In this document: positions 47,094 through 57,082 of the stretch, piece after piece
Position numbering within the stretch: position 1 is the stretch's first letter
Layout: each line of letters begins with the position of its first letter
DNA from: Candidatus Aminicenantes bacterium
GTDB taxonomy: Bacteria > Acidobacteriota > Aminicenantia > Aminicenantales > JAFGBC01
Reading direction: 5' to 3'
NCBI GenBank assembly: GCA_963702005.1
Contig: OY969696.1
Coordinates: 96,001 to 160,000, forward strand
Length of the DNA stretch: 64,000 bases
Made by a program: the position numbers and the translations under genes
Notes under the pieces: generated by a model
Told to the model about the DNA's origin: nothing
The model's database searches: none
What the model saw: the letters and a program-made list of their open reading frames with translations, nothing else

Positions 47094-48542
47094 ATGAATA
47101 AAACAAATTCAGTTCCGAGAATTTTTTTGAGCTCTACAGTAAAAGGCAATACTCCTGATGATCCTGGTCTCGGGCCCTATCGGGGAAAAATTGAAGAAAT
47201 GATAATTAGCAAATTCAGATGGAAATGCATCCGTTCTGAGGGGACTGGTGCTGAATTTTGGGGATCGAATATTTCCGCCTGCCTTGATGCTGTGGCATGT
47301 GCGGATTTATACATAGGTATTTTTTGGAAAAGATACGGACCCATCATAGCTGATTCAGGCTTGCCTCTGACTGAAATGGAATTTTATAGGGCATTGAATC
47401 TAAAAAAGCCCATGAGAATTTATGTAATTGAATCTGAACAAAGAGAGCCTTCACTCCAATTATTCTTGGATTGGGTCAAACATGAACAATTCTTAATCTT
47501 CTGCAAAATAGACGAATTATTACAGAAAATTGGGGAAGGCTTGGAATATTTTGGGAAAAAATGGCCGTCAAATAGACTTCTCTTATCTCTTGTACCACCT
47601 TCCTACATAGATGAGATTCTAAATAAATTGGATTTATTGCCTCAAGAATTGTGTATTTTTAGGACGGAGCCAAAATTTGACATCTTTGACAAAGACCTTG
47701 TTTCAAAAAAATTGAAGAACATGAAGACCTTTCATGAGCTGTATAAGTATGAAGAAGTAATAGGTGAGGGTTGGCAGGTTCTTAACATGCTTAGATTCAA
47801 ACCTCCCCACATATATAAAGAATTTCGCAGATTCTGGATTTCTTTTTTATCTATGTGGGAGGATTCATGTAATTGGTATGGCTATATTCAGGGATCAGTT
47901 GGCAGCCTATGGGCAGCAAAGTCATTGCGTGAAATCTATCGTCTATCTGAAGCATGGTCCTTGTTCAATTCCTCTGCCGGTATCATATCAAGCAACTTAT
48001 ACGCCTTAGCTACTTCGATCGAGGCTAAAGCTACGCTTATTAACATTCCTGCATGGAAAGATATTTTATCAAATCAAGCAAGACAACTGCTTTTTCAATC
48101 ACTCGACTATGTAAATCTATCATTTTGTAGAGGAGTTGCGATATCCGTCGCGGCCTGTTCCATAAGAGGCAATATTAATCGAAAACTAGGCAATTTCGAC
48201 GAGTCGATTGAAAGCCATTTAATGGCGAAAGAAAGATGCACCTCGGATGAAGGCCTGGGTATGCAGATCTCTCATATTGGAAGAGCGAAAATTCTAAAAA
48301 AAGACAAGGATGGGCTTAAAGTTTTGGAAGAAGGAGTAATAATCTGTAAAAATCTCCAGTCGCCATCAGAAGTTCGCACCCTAAAAGCTCTAGGTCAAGG
48401 CCTAGTTGAAATAGGGGAATTTGACAGAGCTGAAGAAATAGGCAAAAACGCTCTTCATCTTGCAGAGAAAAGGAAACTTGGTCATCAACTTGAATCGATA
48501 AGAGCATTGATGAAAAAGATAAAGGCTAAAAAAGGCAACTGA
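47094..48542 (+). CDS. DUF4062 (TIR-like fold) domain protein with TPR-like C-terminal helices
   Basis: RIFLSST, CLDAVACADLYIGIFWKRYG, LTEMEFYRA...KP; helical repeat C-terminus. Confidence 0.8.
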   Translation: MNKTNSVPRIFLSSTVKGNTPDDPGLGPYRGKIEEMIISKFRWKCIRSEGTGAEFWGSNISACLDAVACADLYIGIFWKRYGPIIADSGLPLTEMEFYRALNLKKPMRIYVIESEQREPSLQLFLDWVKHEQFLIFCKIDELLQKIGEGLEYFGKKWPSNRLLLSLVPPSYIDEILNKLDLLPQELCIFRTEPKFDIFDKDLVSKKLKNMKTFHELYKYEEVIGEGWQVLNMLRFKPPHIYKEFRRFWISFLSMWEDSCNWYGYIQGSVGSLWAAKSLREIYRLSEAWSLFNSSAGIISSNLYALATSIEAKATLINIPAWKDILSNQARQLLFQSLDYVNLSFCRGVAISVAACSIRGNINRKLGNFDESIESHLMAKERCTSDEGLGMQISHIGRAKILKKDKDGLKVLEEGVIICKNLQSPSEVRTLKALGQGLVEIGEFDRAEEIGKNALHLAEKRKLGHQLESIRALMKKIKAKKGN

Positions 48543-48658
48543 GATTATTTCTCGTATCGACAATAACAACGTTTTTTCAGAATGCATCCTTCAATGCTCA
48601 GTTGTATAAACATCCATTTAAACATAATAATTTATATCCCCCTTCCGATTTTTCTATA

Positions 48659-48853
48659 ATGGTCCGCATCCAGGCGTTCAAGGGAAGCAACAAGTTAAAA
48701 AACGGCATGAAGGGCAAAGAATATCAGCGTCACTTCATCATAATCCCCCAGGCCCTTGTGACGGCGCTGGGCTGGAAGAAGGGCGATGAGATGGACTTCA
48801 TGATAGAAAGGGATAAAATATACTTGAAGAAACAGAAGGCTTTATCGATTTAA
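48659..48853 (+). CDS. AbrB/MazE/SpoVT-like DNA-binding protein
   Basis: HFIIIPQALVTALGWKKGDEMDF. Confidence 0.8.
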   Translation: MVRIQAFKGSNKLKNGMKGKEYQRHFIIIPQALVTALGWKKGDEMDFMIERDKIYLKKQKALSI

Positions 48854-48890
48854 AGAACATCAAGAGGAGATTTATCTCCAATATAGGAAC

Positions 48891-51092
48891 ATGATCATGC
48901 CTGATGACCTCAAAGATCAGGAATTTAGAAAAAAGCTACGAGAAGCCCACGACTTTGCCCTACAAGAAAAAGAAAAAGCTAAGCGGCAAATCGAGCACAT
49001 AATTGTCGACTTAGATCCCATTGAACTGCTATCGCATATTGCTTTTATCTCGCAATATATTCCAGAGGGCAATCCTGAAATCAATCAAAATATAAGGGAA
49101 TATCCATCTCTACAATTCTTATCTGGCCTTTATCTGAAATTTCGTGAACCAGGGACTAGGCATCCCGAGAACAAAGAAATCGAAATGCTCTTGGAAACTG
49201 TCGAGAGTTATTTCACCTTTTTCATGCAAGACTTAATCCTTCAGAGTTTCAAAAAGGATACGGTATCAGATACCGACGGGTTAATTCTCCAGGCAAGACT
49301 GCAGAGAATTGTCCGTCAAGTTAATGCGACAATATATCCTTTCCAACTCGATATACTTATTCGTGATTTGTTCTCCCATTTTGATGATTACTTTTTAAGA
49401 ACAGTAGGCTTTAGGGCGTCAAAAGCGTTGGAGTTTGGCAGGAAGATCATTAATAGGTACGAGAGACTTATAAACAAGCGATATGAAGAATCGAGATTAG
49501 CTTATATTAATGCAAAAGAAGAATTGAGAGATCCGGTAAAAGGCCCCGCCATCAAGGAACTGATGGGAAAAAACATATCCGAACAGGATTATCTTAACTC
49601 ATATTCCGCTTTCTTGTTATTTTCAAATACAAAAGATCTTTTCGTTTTTAACCCTGACGAGGCATGCAGGGAAGAAGGCATTTCCGACATTGCCGAATTT
49701 AAGAGCTATTTGACTACTCTAAGCTGTAGATTCGGAGACAATCAGACTTTCGACAATTTCCTAGATAATAATGTCATATCCACAAGACCATTTATCTGGG
49801 CTGATGAAGGAAGATATTTTGCGCCCATTTCCCAAGATTTGCTTTACAACCTTCCCCGTTTTCTCGAATTAATCCTGGAGCCGGAAAAGGCTTCCCAGTC
49901 TAGCACCTGGCAGAAGTATCAGTCAAAACGAGCGCGTTTCGTTGAGGATCGGATATATGAATATTTTTCCCGGCTCTTTCCAAAGGACAGAATCTACCGG
50001 AACGTCAAATATGTTTTTCAAGGCAAAGAATGCGAAGCTGACATAATTATTTTATATGATAATAAAACCTTCTTAATAGAATCTAAATCCGGATCATTTA
50101 CTGAACAAGCCCAGAGGGGAGGAATTGACAGTCTAAAAAAAGACCTTAAGAAACTAGTCGAAGAGGCTCACCAACAAGGGAAACGAACGATAGACTATAT
50201 CAAATCAGGTGAAGTTGCCGTTTTTACGGATATGTCCGGGAATAAAGCGCTAGAATTGAACCGCAATTCGAACAAGATTTTCATTGTCAGCGTTACTCTC
50301 GAGCCTTTGATGAGTTTTTCAGCAAGTCTAAAAAATCTCGGGTCGTTGGGCCTATTTGTAGATAACGAATACCCGTGGTCAGTTCATCTCAATGAACTAG
50401 ACATCGTCACCAAACATCTTCCATCGCCTACTATCTTCATCCATTATTTGGAAAATCGCCTGCAAGCTATAGATGAGAACATATTTCATGCTTTTGATGA
50501 GCTCTCTTTCTTGGGTTGGTATTTAAAGCAGGGCAATTTCATCGTTCCGCGCACTAAAGATGACAAAAAGCCAAATATAGTAACGCTCGCTTCTGATTGG
50601 GTGGCCGCGTTTGACGATCATTATTTATTCGGCAAAGCGAGTCCGCAGCTCATAATTGAAGAGGACCTCCTCAAAGTCGTTCGTATCCTAGAATATATTA
50701 ATCCAATAGGCTATTCTGATATCTCAAGTGCACTCCTTGACTTTGATCATGATGCAAGAAAGCTAATATTTGGTAAAATAAATGAACTAATAGAATTATC
50801 TAAGAACGATCATAAGCCGCACGATTTCTCCGTTCTCTACAAAGAAGTATTGGATACTGGCCTCACTTTTATGACCATTCTAGAAAGGCATCGATTAAGA
50901 GAACGCCTTGGTTCTTACTGCACCATAAAGAAATACCAGATGAAAGCAAGAAGGTGGATTGGCATTGGGAGAGACGTGTCAGATGAACGTTGGTACGTCA
51001 ATGAGTTCGCTTTTCTAGATAACCCCTGGGAACATAATTCCAAAATGGATAAACTGTTAAGAGTTTTCCCCATGAGAGATAAGGGTAAATGA
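48891..51092 (+). CDS. large protein with a NERD-like PD-(D/E)xK nuclease domain
   Basis: RARFVE...YRNVKY....EADIIILYDNKTFLIESKS...AHQQ. Confidence 0.75.
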   Translation: MIMPDDLKDQEFRKKLREAHDFALQEKEKAKRQIEHIIVDLDPIELLSHIAFISQYIPEGNPEINQNIREYPSLQFLSGLYLKFREPGTRHPENKEIEMLLETVESYFTFFMQDLILQSFKKDTVSDTDGLILQARLQRIVRQVNATIYPFQLDILIRDLFSHFDDYFLRTVGFRASKALEFGRKIINRYERLINKRYEESRLAYINAKEELRDPVKGPAIKELMGKNISEQDYLNSYSAFLLFSNTKDLFVFNPDEACREEGISDIAEFKSYLTTLSCRFGDNQTFDNFLDNNVISTRPFIWADEGRYFAPISQDLLYNLPRFLELILEPEKASQSSTWQKYQSKRARFVEDRIYEYFSRLFPKDRIYRNVKYVFQGKECEADIIILYDNKTFLIESKSGSFTEQAQRGGIDSLKKDLKKLVEEAHQQGKRTIDYIKSGEVAVFTDMSGNKALELNRNSNKIFIVSVTLEPLMSFSASLKNLGSLGLFVDNEYPWSVHLNELDIVTKHLPSPTIFIHYLENRLQAIDENIFHAFDELSFLGWYLKQGNFIVPRTKDDKKPNIVTLASDWVAAFDDHYLFGKASPQLIIEEDLLKVVRILEYINPIGYSDISSALLDFDHDARKLIFGKINELIELSKNDHKPHDFSVLYKEVLDTGLTFMTILERHRLRERLGSYCTIKKYQMKARRWIGIGRDVSDERWYVNEFAFLDNPWEHNSKMDKLLRVFPMRDKGK

Positions 51093-51160
51093 TGTTCTTA
51101 TCTTCTTAATCCGCACCCCCCTTCCGAAACCCTTTTCTTTTCTCCTCTTTACTTCCTCTG

Positions 51161-51277
51161 ATGAATCATCAATCAGCGGAGAACGAGCTTCCAAAATGGG
51201 TCAAGCTCGTAAACAGGGCGCTGCGGGGGGATCTGACCCTCGAAGACATCGGCCTCCCCCGGAAGGCGTCAGAATGA
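51161..51277 (+). CDS. microprotein, 38 aa
   Basis: MNHQSAENELPKWVKLVNRALRGDLTLEDIGLPRKASE; ATGA-coupled to 51274. Confidence 0.4.
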   Translation: MNHQSAENELPKWVKLVNRALRGDLTLEDIGLPRKASE

Positions 51278-51495
51278 ATGAAGTCCACATCCTTGACATC
51301 AAGCTTATTGGCGCGGGGATAGTTTTCATTGCCTTCGCCTTGATTGTCGTTCTGGGCTTTGCTCTTGGGCCTTATCTTGAAGTCGCTTCGCCTAAGGATG
51401 GAAAGCTACTTATCTTAGCTTCTGCAATTTCCCTCGGAGTGATGATTGCTACTGCCTGTTTCATAATCTACTCAATGTTTAAACACAAAGAATAA
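51274..51495 (+). CDS. small two-TM membrane protein
   Basis: Two clear hydrophobic helices from MNEVHILD. Confidence 0.6.
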   Translation: MNEVHILDIKLIGAGIVFIAFALIVVLGFALGPYLEVASPKDGKLLILASAISLGVMIATACFIIYSMFKHKE

Positions 51496-51621
51496 GCTGA
51501 TTCTGGAAAGCTTCATGAGCATAAAAAGCAGTTCGGAATCTAAATTTCACCTTTGACCTTATCCGCACAAATCGCATCCTTTTCTAATAAGCGATTTTAA
51601 AAGTCTTACCTATTCCCCTAT

Positions 51622-51732
51622 ATGGAATTCAAAAACGTGGCTGAACTTTGCGATTTCGTTGACGAAGAAGCGAGGAAAAGGGTCAATAGAATTCTATTAA
51701 CACAAGATAAAAGTGCCCATTATGATAGCTGA
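51622..51732 (+). CDS. microprotein, 36 aa
   Basis: MEFKNVAELCDFVDEEARKRVNRILL...; TTTTAAAA box at 51595-51602; overlaps the next gene. Confidence 0.4.
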   Translation: MEFKNVAELCDFVDEEARKRVNRILLTQDKSAHYDS

Positions 51733-51952
51733 TCATTCCAGAACAATAATCAAAATGAGGGACGCCGAAATCCTCGACGATTACGTAGTCAGGGTACTCC
51801 GGTCAGTAAATGTTCCTGTTTGCATAAATACAATTGCCGTTTTAACTGGCCTTGCTCCTCATAGGGTGTGCAAGGTATTGAACAGACTGGAGCAGGATAA
51901 AAGGATAAGGAAAACAACAAATATCCGCCATGCCTATTGGCAGTTTATATGA
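51713..51952 (+). CDS. small winged-helix DNA-binding protein
   Basis: VVRVLRS...INTIAVLTGLAPHRVCKVLNRLEQDKRI...YW. Confidence 0.65.
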   Translation: MPIMIADHSRTIIKMRDAEILDDYVVRVLRSVNVPVCINTIAVLTGLAPHRVCKVLNRLEQDKRIRKTTNIRHAYWQFI

Positions 51953-53172
51953 GCTCTCGCGGACATTACCTGTTTCTTGAGGGCCGGTTCCTCGGCTTCA
52001 ACGGGTTCTTTGACTCCCATTTGTCCGAGAATTTCGATAACCCTGGTCTTTATCATCTCATCCACCATCTTCGGTGTTATCATGCCCAGAACTTTCTTCT
52101 CCTTGTTTCCGAGTTCCAGGGCTGAAGCGATGTCCAGCGGCCTCGCGCATCTCTGACATATTTTTGCCTCGAATTCGTTAGTCTTTCCGCAAATACTGCA
52201 TTCCTTAAACTGCAGTATTTTGTGGCTTTCGATATCCTCAGGCTTCTTCAGGCCGTGAATCTCCAGGATCGCCTCGTCTACGTCCCTTCCCGAAAGGTGA
52301 ACGTAAACCCTCGGCATGCCGGAGCCCTGAACCCATCCCAGATACTCGCACATCTGGGCTTCCGTCAGTTTGTTGGCCAAGTACGTCGCCCTCGAATGTC
52401 TGAACAGGTGGGGATTGACCTTCTTTCGGATTCCGCCCTTTTCGGCGACTGACTTCAGCATCTCCCTTACCGAGTTGTATTTCAGGCCCTTGTCCCGGTT
52501 CTTCGTTCCTATGCTCGCCCACAAAAATGCTTTCGGGTCGTTTTTGTTGGCACAGTGCGCAATCCAGTTTGACAGATACGGAGTCGAATTCACGAGCAGG
52601 ATCCTGCGGGAGCCTGTCTTCCCCGATACCCTGATGGCGCACGTCGGTTCTTCGAACGCCACATCCTTGATTCTCATGGTCAGTATTTCGCCTATCCTGC
52701 AGCCGGATTCGTAGAGAACGGAAATCAGCGCTTTGTCCCGGATGTTTACCGCGTTTTCTATCAGCTTCCTGATGTCCTCCTGCGTTAGCAGGTCCTCGGG
52801 CAATTTAGCGTTTGCCTTTTTTAGCGTGGTCCTGATCCACCTGACCTCTTCTGGATAGGTGTCTTCCGTCTGCCTCAGCCATCGCCAGAATTTCTTTATC
52901 GTCACCTTGTAGTCATGTTTTGTCCAGTCCATGTATGCGGATTGTTCGATTTCAGCGACCAGTCTCTTGATATCTTCCTTCGTCGCTGCCTCCAGGTCCG
53001 TCCCAAGCATCTTGGCTATATTTCGCAAATAGCCTCGATACTTATCCACTCTCGCCTTTGTCAAGCCCTCGGCGTAGCAATCGTTGGCGAATTTATCAAT
53101 TAGCTCTTCGTTCTCCTTCGAGATATTCTTAATTCTATAAGTGAGGCTGGATGCCTTCTTCATGGGTCTCAT
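51934..53172 (-). CDS. tyrosine integrase with a C-terminal zinc ribbon (archaeal-type architecture)
   Basis: LYESGCRIGE, SGKTG, HLFRHSRAT, LGWVQGSGMPRVYVH, CSIC...CQRC; AGGAGG RBS. Confidence 0.92.
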   Translation of the reverse strand: MRPMKKASSLTYRIKNISKENEELIDKFANDCYAEGLTKARVDKYRGYLRNIAKMLGTDLEAATKEDIKRLVAEIEQSAYMDWTKHDYKVTIKKFWRWLRQTEDTYPEEVRWIRTTLKKANAKLPEDLLTQEDIRKLIENAVNIRDKALISVLYESGCRIGEILTMRIKDVAFEEPTCAIRVSGKTGSRRILLVNSTPYLSNWIAHCANKNDPKAFLWASIGTKNRDKGLKYNSVREMLKSVAEKGGIRKKVNPHLFRHSRATYLANKLTEAQMCEYLGWVQGSGMPRVYVHLSGRDVDEAILEIHGLKKPEDIESHKILQFKECSICGKTNEFEAKICQRCARPLDIASALELGNKEKKVLGMITPKMVDEMIKTRVIEILGQMGVKEPVEAEEPALKKQVMSARAHINCQ

Positions 53173-53477
53173 GCTAATAACCTCCTCTGGAACTTTTTAT
53201 TCAAGACCCTCTAAGCTACTATAGAAACAAGATGCACTCCTGGGGCTTCCTATCTCAGTAGTAACTTAGAAGATTGTCTTGTTTTATCTTTAGGAATAGT
53301 TCTACTTAAAGCTTATGGTTAGCCACGCCTGGAAACTTGAGTGTAAATAGGCATACCAGGTCTTCGGCATGCTGCTGGAGGATCCTGAGTTCAGGGAGAT
53401 GCTTGTGAGGAAGGCGGAGACGGCTAAAAATAAAACAACCGGTTAATTAGAATTCCAATGACAATCCCTGGTCCATC

Positions 53478-53909
53478 CTAACAAATAAAGCTACCTTTTA
53501 AAGGCGCCTTCACTCCAATATTTTTTATAGAGACTGTATCGTCATGAGGGAAGGAATCCTTACATTCATCATTGCAAATTGGTTTAGTATGGTAGATTAA
53601 GCAGCATTCGACTTTTTGCCTTCTTGAAGTCCCAAGTTCACACTTGGCTACTTTTAAAAGCGTGTAATTTGTGCAATTTTTTTCCCAACATGACCACTTC
53701 TCGTGTCCTTCGATTCTTGTTCGGACTTTGTCGGCTTCGCCAATATAAAGTAGCTTATAAGATGATGCATCCCATTTATTAGGTTCGGTAGACCTCTTCC
53801 CACAGATAATCATATAAATTCCTTCTCCATCTGGGACATCAGATGGTATTGCGTCTTTTTTTATTTCCCATACGCCATCCCAATTTAAGGTTACGCTTAT
53901 TGTTTCCAT
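53478..53909 (-). CDS. GIY-YIG nuclease family protein
   Basis: GIYMII...LLYIGEA..VRTRIEGH...VE..LI...P..N. Confidence 0.85.
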   Translation of the reverse strand: METISVTLNWDGVWEIKKDAIPSDVPDGEGIYMIICGKRSTEPNKWDASSYKLLYIGEADKVRTRIEGHEKWSCWEKNCTNYTLLKVAKCELGTSRRQKVECCLIYHTKPICNDECKDSFPHDDTVSIKNIGVKAPLKGSFIC

Positions 53910-54025
53910 ATCTGTATCCCTTTTTATTATATATATAACATTTTAAACCTTTTTCTAGAACCTTAAAAGCAAAATCCGCAATCTTGCCGGGTCAATTTCT
54001 AAAATACCCTCCTCAAACCTTGAAC

Positions 54026-54175
54026 ATGATTCCTGAAAACCCGCGAAGGACATACGCTTTCACCTGTCCCGGGTGTCTGACGACCTTCCATCTTTACGCC
54101 TGGGAAACCGAGGAAGGCGTTCCCAAGTGCAATTACTGCATGATCCCTCTCGAAAGGATTAAGGAGCGGAGGTGA
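54026..54175 (+). CDS. zinc-ribbon microprotein
   Basis: FTCPGC...PKCNYC; first gene of a coupled GC-rich operon. Confidence 0.65.
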   Translation: MIPENPRRTYAFTCPGCLTTFHLYAWETEEGVPKCNYCMIPLERIKERR

Positions 54176-54178
54176 AGC

Positions 54179-54637
54179 ATGAACCTGGAAGAGATGGAAC
54201 ATGAGAAGCAGGTCGAACGCCTGCGAACGGTCCTGAGGTCGGAGAAGGGCACGCTGCCGGGCTTCCTGGCTCTTTTCGCGCTGCGCCATCACGCGATAAT
54301 GGGCCACAAGCCGGAGCTTTCCCTCAGGCCGAGCCTGCGCTGGTATCTGGGCCAGCTCGCCAAGGAATACATCCGCCGCTATTACGCCGAGGCAAAGGAA
54401 GCGATGGAGAGTTTCGCGGCGATCGGCCTGGTGGAGGCCAGGGACGGAGAGCAGGAAGGCCAGAAGGACTTCGTCCTCAGGGAGGCGTTGGTCCCGGCGC
54501 TGCGCGAGGTCCTCGAAGAGGTCTTCGGCAAAGAGACGGTCGAGGACACGGTCGCCAAGGCGAAGTTCTACAAGGAGCCGGCCTACGGGCCGGAGCGCGG
54601 CCGTGCCGGCGCCAAGGCGGGGAGGTCGGAAGAATGA
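54179..54637 (+). CDS. hypothetical protein, possible winged helix
   Basis: GGAGGTGA RBS; GC3-rich codons; ATGA overlap with the next gene. Confidence 0.7.
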   Translation: MNLEEMEHEKQVERLRTVLRSEKGTLPGFLALFALRHHAIMGHKPELSLRPSLRWYLGQLAKEYIRRYYAEAKEAMESFAAIGLVEARDGEQEGQKDFVLREALVPALREVLEEVFGKETVEDTVAKAKFYKEPAYGPERGRAGAKAGRSEE

Positions 54638-55065
54638 AAGGCGAAATCGAGAGAATCTGGAAGAACAAGACCGGCGACGGCCGGCTCTACAACGTGCTCC
54701 AGATAGGCGGAGAACGGTATTCCCTGTGGGAGGAGAACTACCTCGACAAGCTGCACGAGGGCCAGACGCTGGAATTCGACTTCAGTGAGGCGGGCGACTA
54801 CAAGAACATCTGCAAAATCTACGAGCCGGCGGGAACCGGGAAGCAGGCGGGCAAAGAGGAGCAGCCGCCGGAGACGGCAGGGAACGGCCAAAACCAGAAG
54901 GCGCGCCAGATCGTGAGGATGAGCTGCCTGCGCTCGGCCAGCCAGATCCTGGGCGGGTCGAGAATCCCGGCAGGCGAGCGCGCCGGCAAGACGATAGAAA
55001 TCGCGAAGAAGTTCGAGAAATACATCGGCGACGACAGCATCCCAGGACCCGGCGAGGACGACTGA
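54634..55065 (+). CDS. putative single-stranded DNA-binding protein (OB-like N-terminus, acidic tail)
   Basis: Beta-rich N-terminus (YNVLQIGGERYSLW...GDYKNI), QIVRMSCL helix and PGEDD acidic end. Confidence 0.5.
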   Translation: MKGEIERIWKNKTGDGRLYNVLQIGGERYSLWEENYLDKLHEGQTLEFDFSEAGDYKNICKIYEPAGTGKQAGKEEQPPETAGNGQNQKARQIVRMSCLRSASQILGGSRIPAGERAGKTIEIAKKFEKYIGDDSIPGPGEDD

Positions 55066-55112
55066 AAACAGGAGGGGGAATCCGGGCTGGTCAAGACCAT
55101 CCGGGCGGAAGC

Positions 55113-55436
55113 ATGCAGTCCAGACGGGATAGCGGTCAATCCGAATTCCTGAGAGCCCTCGGACGCTACCACAGACCGAGAACGGGCGAAACAATCATCA
55201 CGAGGCATGGAGAGGCGAAAATCTCGCTTATCCTGTCTTACGCGGGCGTCGTCGGAGAGATGGAGGCGTGCGGCATGTCCGGCAAAGACATCGAAAAATT
55301 CAAGGCGCGAGTCGAGCATTTCTTCGGCAACAAGAGGAGCAGGTATTTCGAGTGCGAGCTGGCTTATACGGACGGAGAAACGGAGCGCATCGACTGGAGC
55401 GAATACCTGGCGATGAAGAACGAGGGAAAAAGGTGA
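55113..55436 (+). CDS. hypothetical protein, 107 aa
   Basis: Co-oriented with the operon; GC3-rich. Confidence 0.55.
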   Translation: MQSRRDSGQSEFLRALGRYHRPRTGETIITRHGEAKISLILSYAGVVGEMEACGMSGKDIEKFKARVEHFFGNKRSRYFECELAYTDGETERIDWSEYLAMKNEGKR

Positions 55437-55727
55437 TCTTACGGCGACGGAAAGAAGCGCGGTCCTGGGCGGGCAGGGGTTCAGCGTAAGAACCAAGAAG
55501 ATCTATCAGAGGGACCTGACCTCAGACTGCTGGTCCGTCCAGGTCTGGGGCCTCGGCTACTGCTCGGGCTTCGGGGATTACGGCCAGATGTGCGAGTTCC
55601 TGGCCACGGACGAATGCGGCGGGCAGGTGATACGCAAGCGCATTCTGTCCGGCGGCTTCCCGGTTTCCGGCCTCCCCGACGCCCCATCAGAGCGGCAAAA
55701 AGGATGATCCACAAAAAAGGGATGCTC

Positions 55728-55970
55728 ATGAAAGGGAAAATCTACGCGCTGGTAAAGAACTTCGCATGGACAAACCATGATGTCGAGTTATTTAGAACGG
55801 CCAAAGAGGCCGAACTGGCTTTCAAACGCTATACCGGCATCGCTTTCAGTAAGCAATACCTTTGCCAGGACGATGAGGAATACAACGAGAAGTTTTCCGA
55901 GACGAAAATCTATGAACTGGCTTTGCCGGATTTTCTTGCGTTCACCAAAGGCAAACCGAGGAGGCGATGA
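55728..55970 (+). CDS. stand-alone paralog of the N-terminal domain of the RadC-like protein 56157..56864
   Basis: KIYALVKNF...NHDVEL...F..YTG......Y...D...Y.EKFSET.IY.L.LP aligns with the next gene. Confidence 0.7.
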   Translation: MKGKIYALVKNFAWTNHDVELFRTAKEAELAFKRYTGIAFSKQYLCQDDEEYNEKFSETKIYELALPDFLAFTKGKPRRR

Positions 55971-56156
55971 ATCTGTACGAGAAATGTCCGCTGGAACCAA
56001 GAAGAAGGTCAAGGCGCGAGCTCAAGGACTCGCATTTCGACGGCTATAAATACAAGGGCTATCGGGTCAGGCGGGCGATTCTCCTGGGCAAATTCCCCGT
56101 CTCCGGGCTTCCGGAGGCCGGATCGGGCGCCGGGCCGTAGGGAGGCTTTCGTTTCC

Positions 56157-56864
56157 ATGAAAAAGTCCAAAATCTTCGTCCTGGTGAAGAATTTCGAGGG
56201 CGTCAACCACGAGGCCGAGCTCTGCCCGAGCTTCGGGGAGGCCAGGAAGCGCTTCCGCCAATACACGGGCTTCGGCTACAACGACAAATACTGCGACCCC
56301 GAAAGCGACCGCTACGAAGAGAAGTTCTCGGAGACGCGGATATACGGGCTGGAGCTCCCTCCTTACCTGAGCGTCTCGCCGGGCCGGGGAAGAAGCCGGC
56401 GCCTGAAGGACTCGGGCTTCGACGGCTTCGAATACAAGGGCTACAGGGTCAAGACGAAGCTCGTGGTCGAGGGCCACAGCAAATACAAGCCGCTGAAGCT
56501 CGGAAGCTCCCATGAGGTCTACGCCGCCTTCCGCAGCCTTTCGGACAGCGACCGGGAGCGCTTCTACTCGGTCCTGCTCGACTGCAAGAACGCCGTCATC
56601 GGCGTCGACATGGTGAGCCAGGGCTCGGGCAACTCTGCGGCCGTCGTGCCCATGGAAGTGTTCAAGCCGGCCCTGCTCGCCTCGGCGGTGGCGGTCGTCT
56701 TCGTGCATTCCCACCCTTCGGGCGATCCGGAACCGTCGTTCCCAGACATCGCGCTCACCCGCGACCTCAAGCAGGCCGGCGAATTGCTCGGGGTCAAGGT
56801 CCTGGACCACGTCATCATCGGCAGGGAAAAGTTCTACAGCTTTGCGGACAAGGGTGGCATATGA
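56157..56864 (+). CDS. RadC-like JAB/MPN domain protein with an unusual N-terminal domain
   Basis: ERFYSVLLD, PMEVFKPA, VHSHPSGDPEPS..D, LDHVIIG. Confidence 0.9.
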   Translation: MKKSKIFVLVKNFEGVNHEAELCPSFGEARKRFRQYTGFGYNDKYCDPESDRYEEKFSETRIYGLELPPYLSVSPGRGRSRRLKDSGFDGFEYKGYRVKTKLVVEGHSKYKPLKLGSSHEVYAAFRSLSDSDRERFYSVLLDCKNAVIGVDMVSQGSGNSAAVVPMEVFKPALLASAVAVVFVHSHPSGDPEPSFPDIALTRDLKQAGELLGVKVLDHVIIGREKFYSFADKGGI

Positions 56865-57082
56865 AGAAACCCGGCGAGCGCATGCACGAAGTGAGGGTCC
56901 GGCTCGATCGGCTGCGCCGCTACCGAGGCTGCTCGGACCTGGTCGAGACCTACTGCTGCTCGGCGACTCCCTGCTATTACGTCGACTTTCCGGCGCTCGG
57001 CTACGGCGGCTACTTCCAGACGGCCGATGTCGAAATCAGGAGGCGGGAGCATCGAAGCGATAAAGAAGGAATTGTCGGTTGA
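56861..57082 (+). CDS. hypothetical protein, 73 aa
   Basis: ATGA overlap with the radC-like gene. Confidence 0.55.
   Translation: MKKPGERMHEVRVRLDRLRRYRGCSDLVETYCCSATPCYYVDFPALGYGGYFQTADVEIRRREHRSDKEGIVG

Noticed and set aside
53311-53345. tRNA-Ser gene
   Set aside because: Only an anticodon-arm-like 12-mer; no T-arm GTTCGAATC or acceptor stem
56157-56864. CBASS-associated Cap3 JAB protein
   Set aside because: The sequence matches the RadC pattern and no CD-NTase or E1/E2 gene is present
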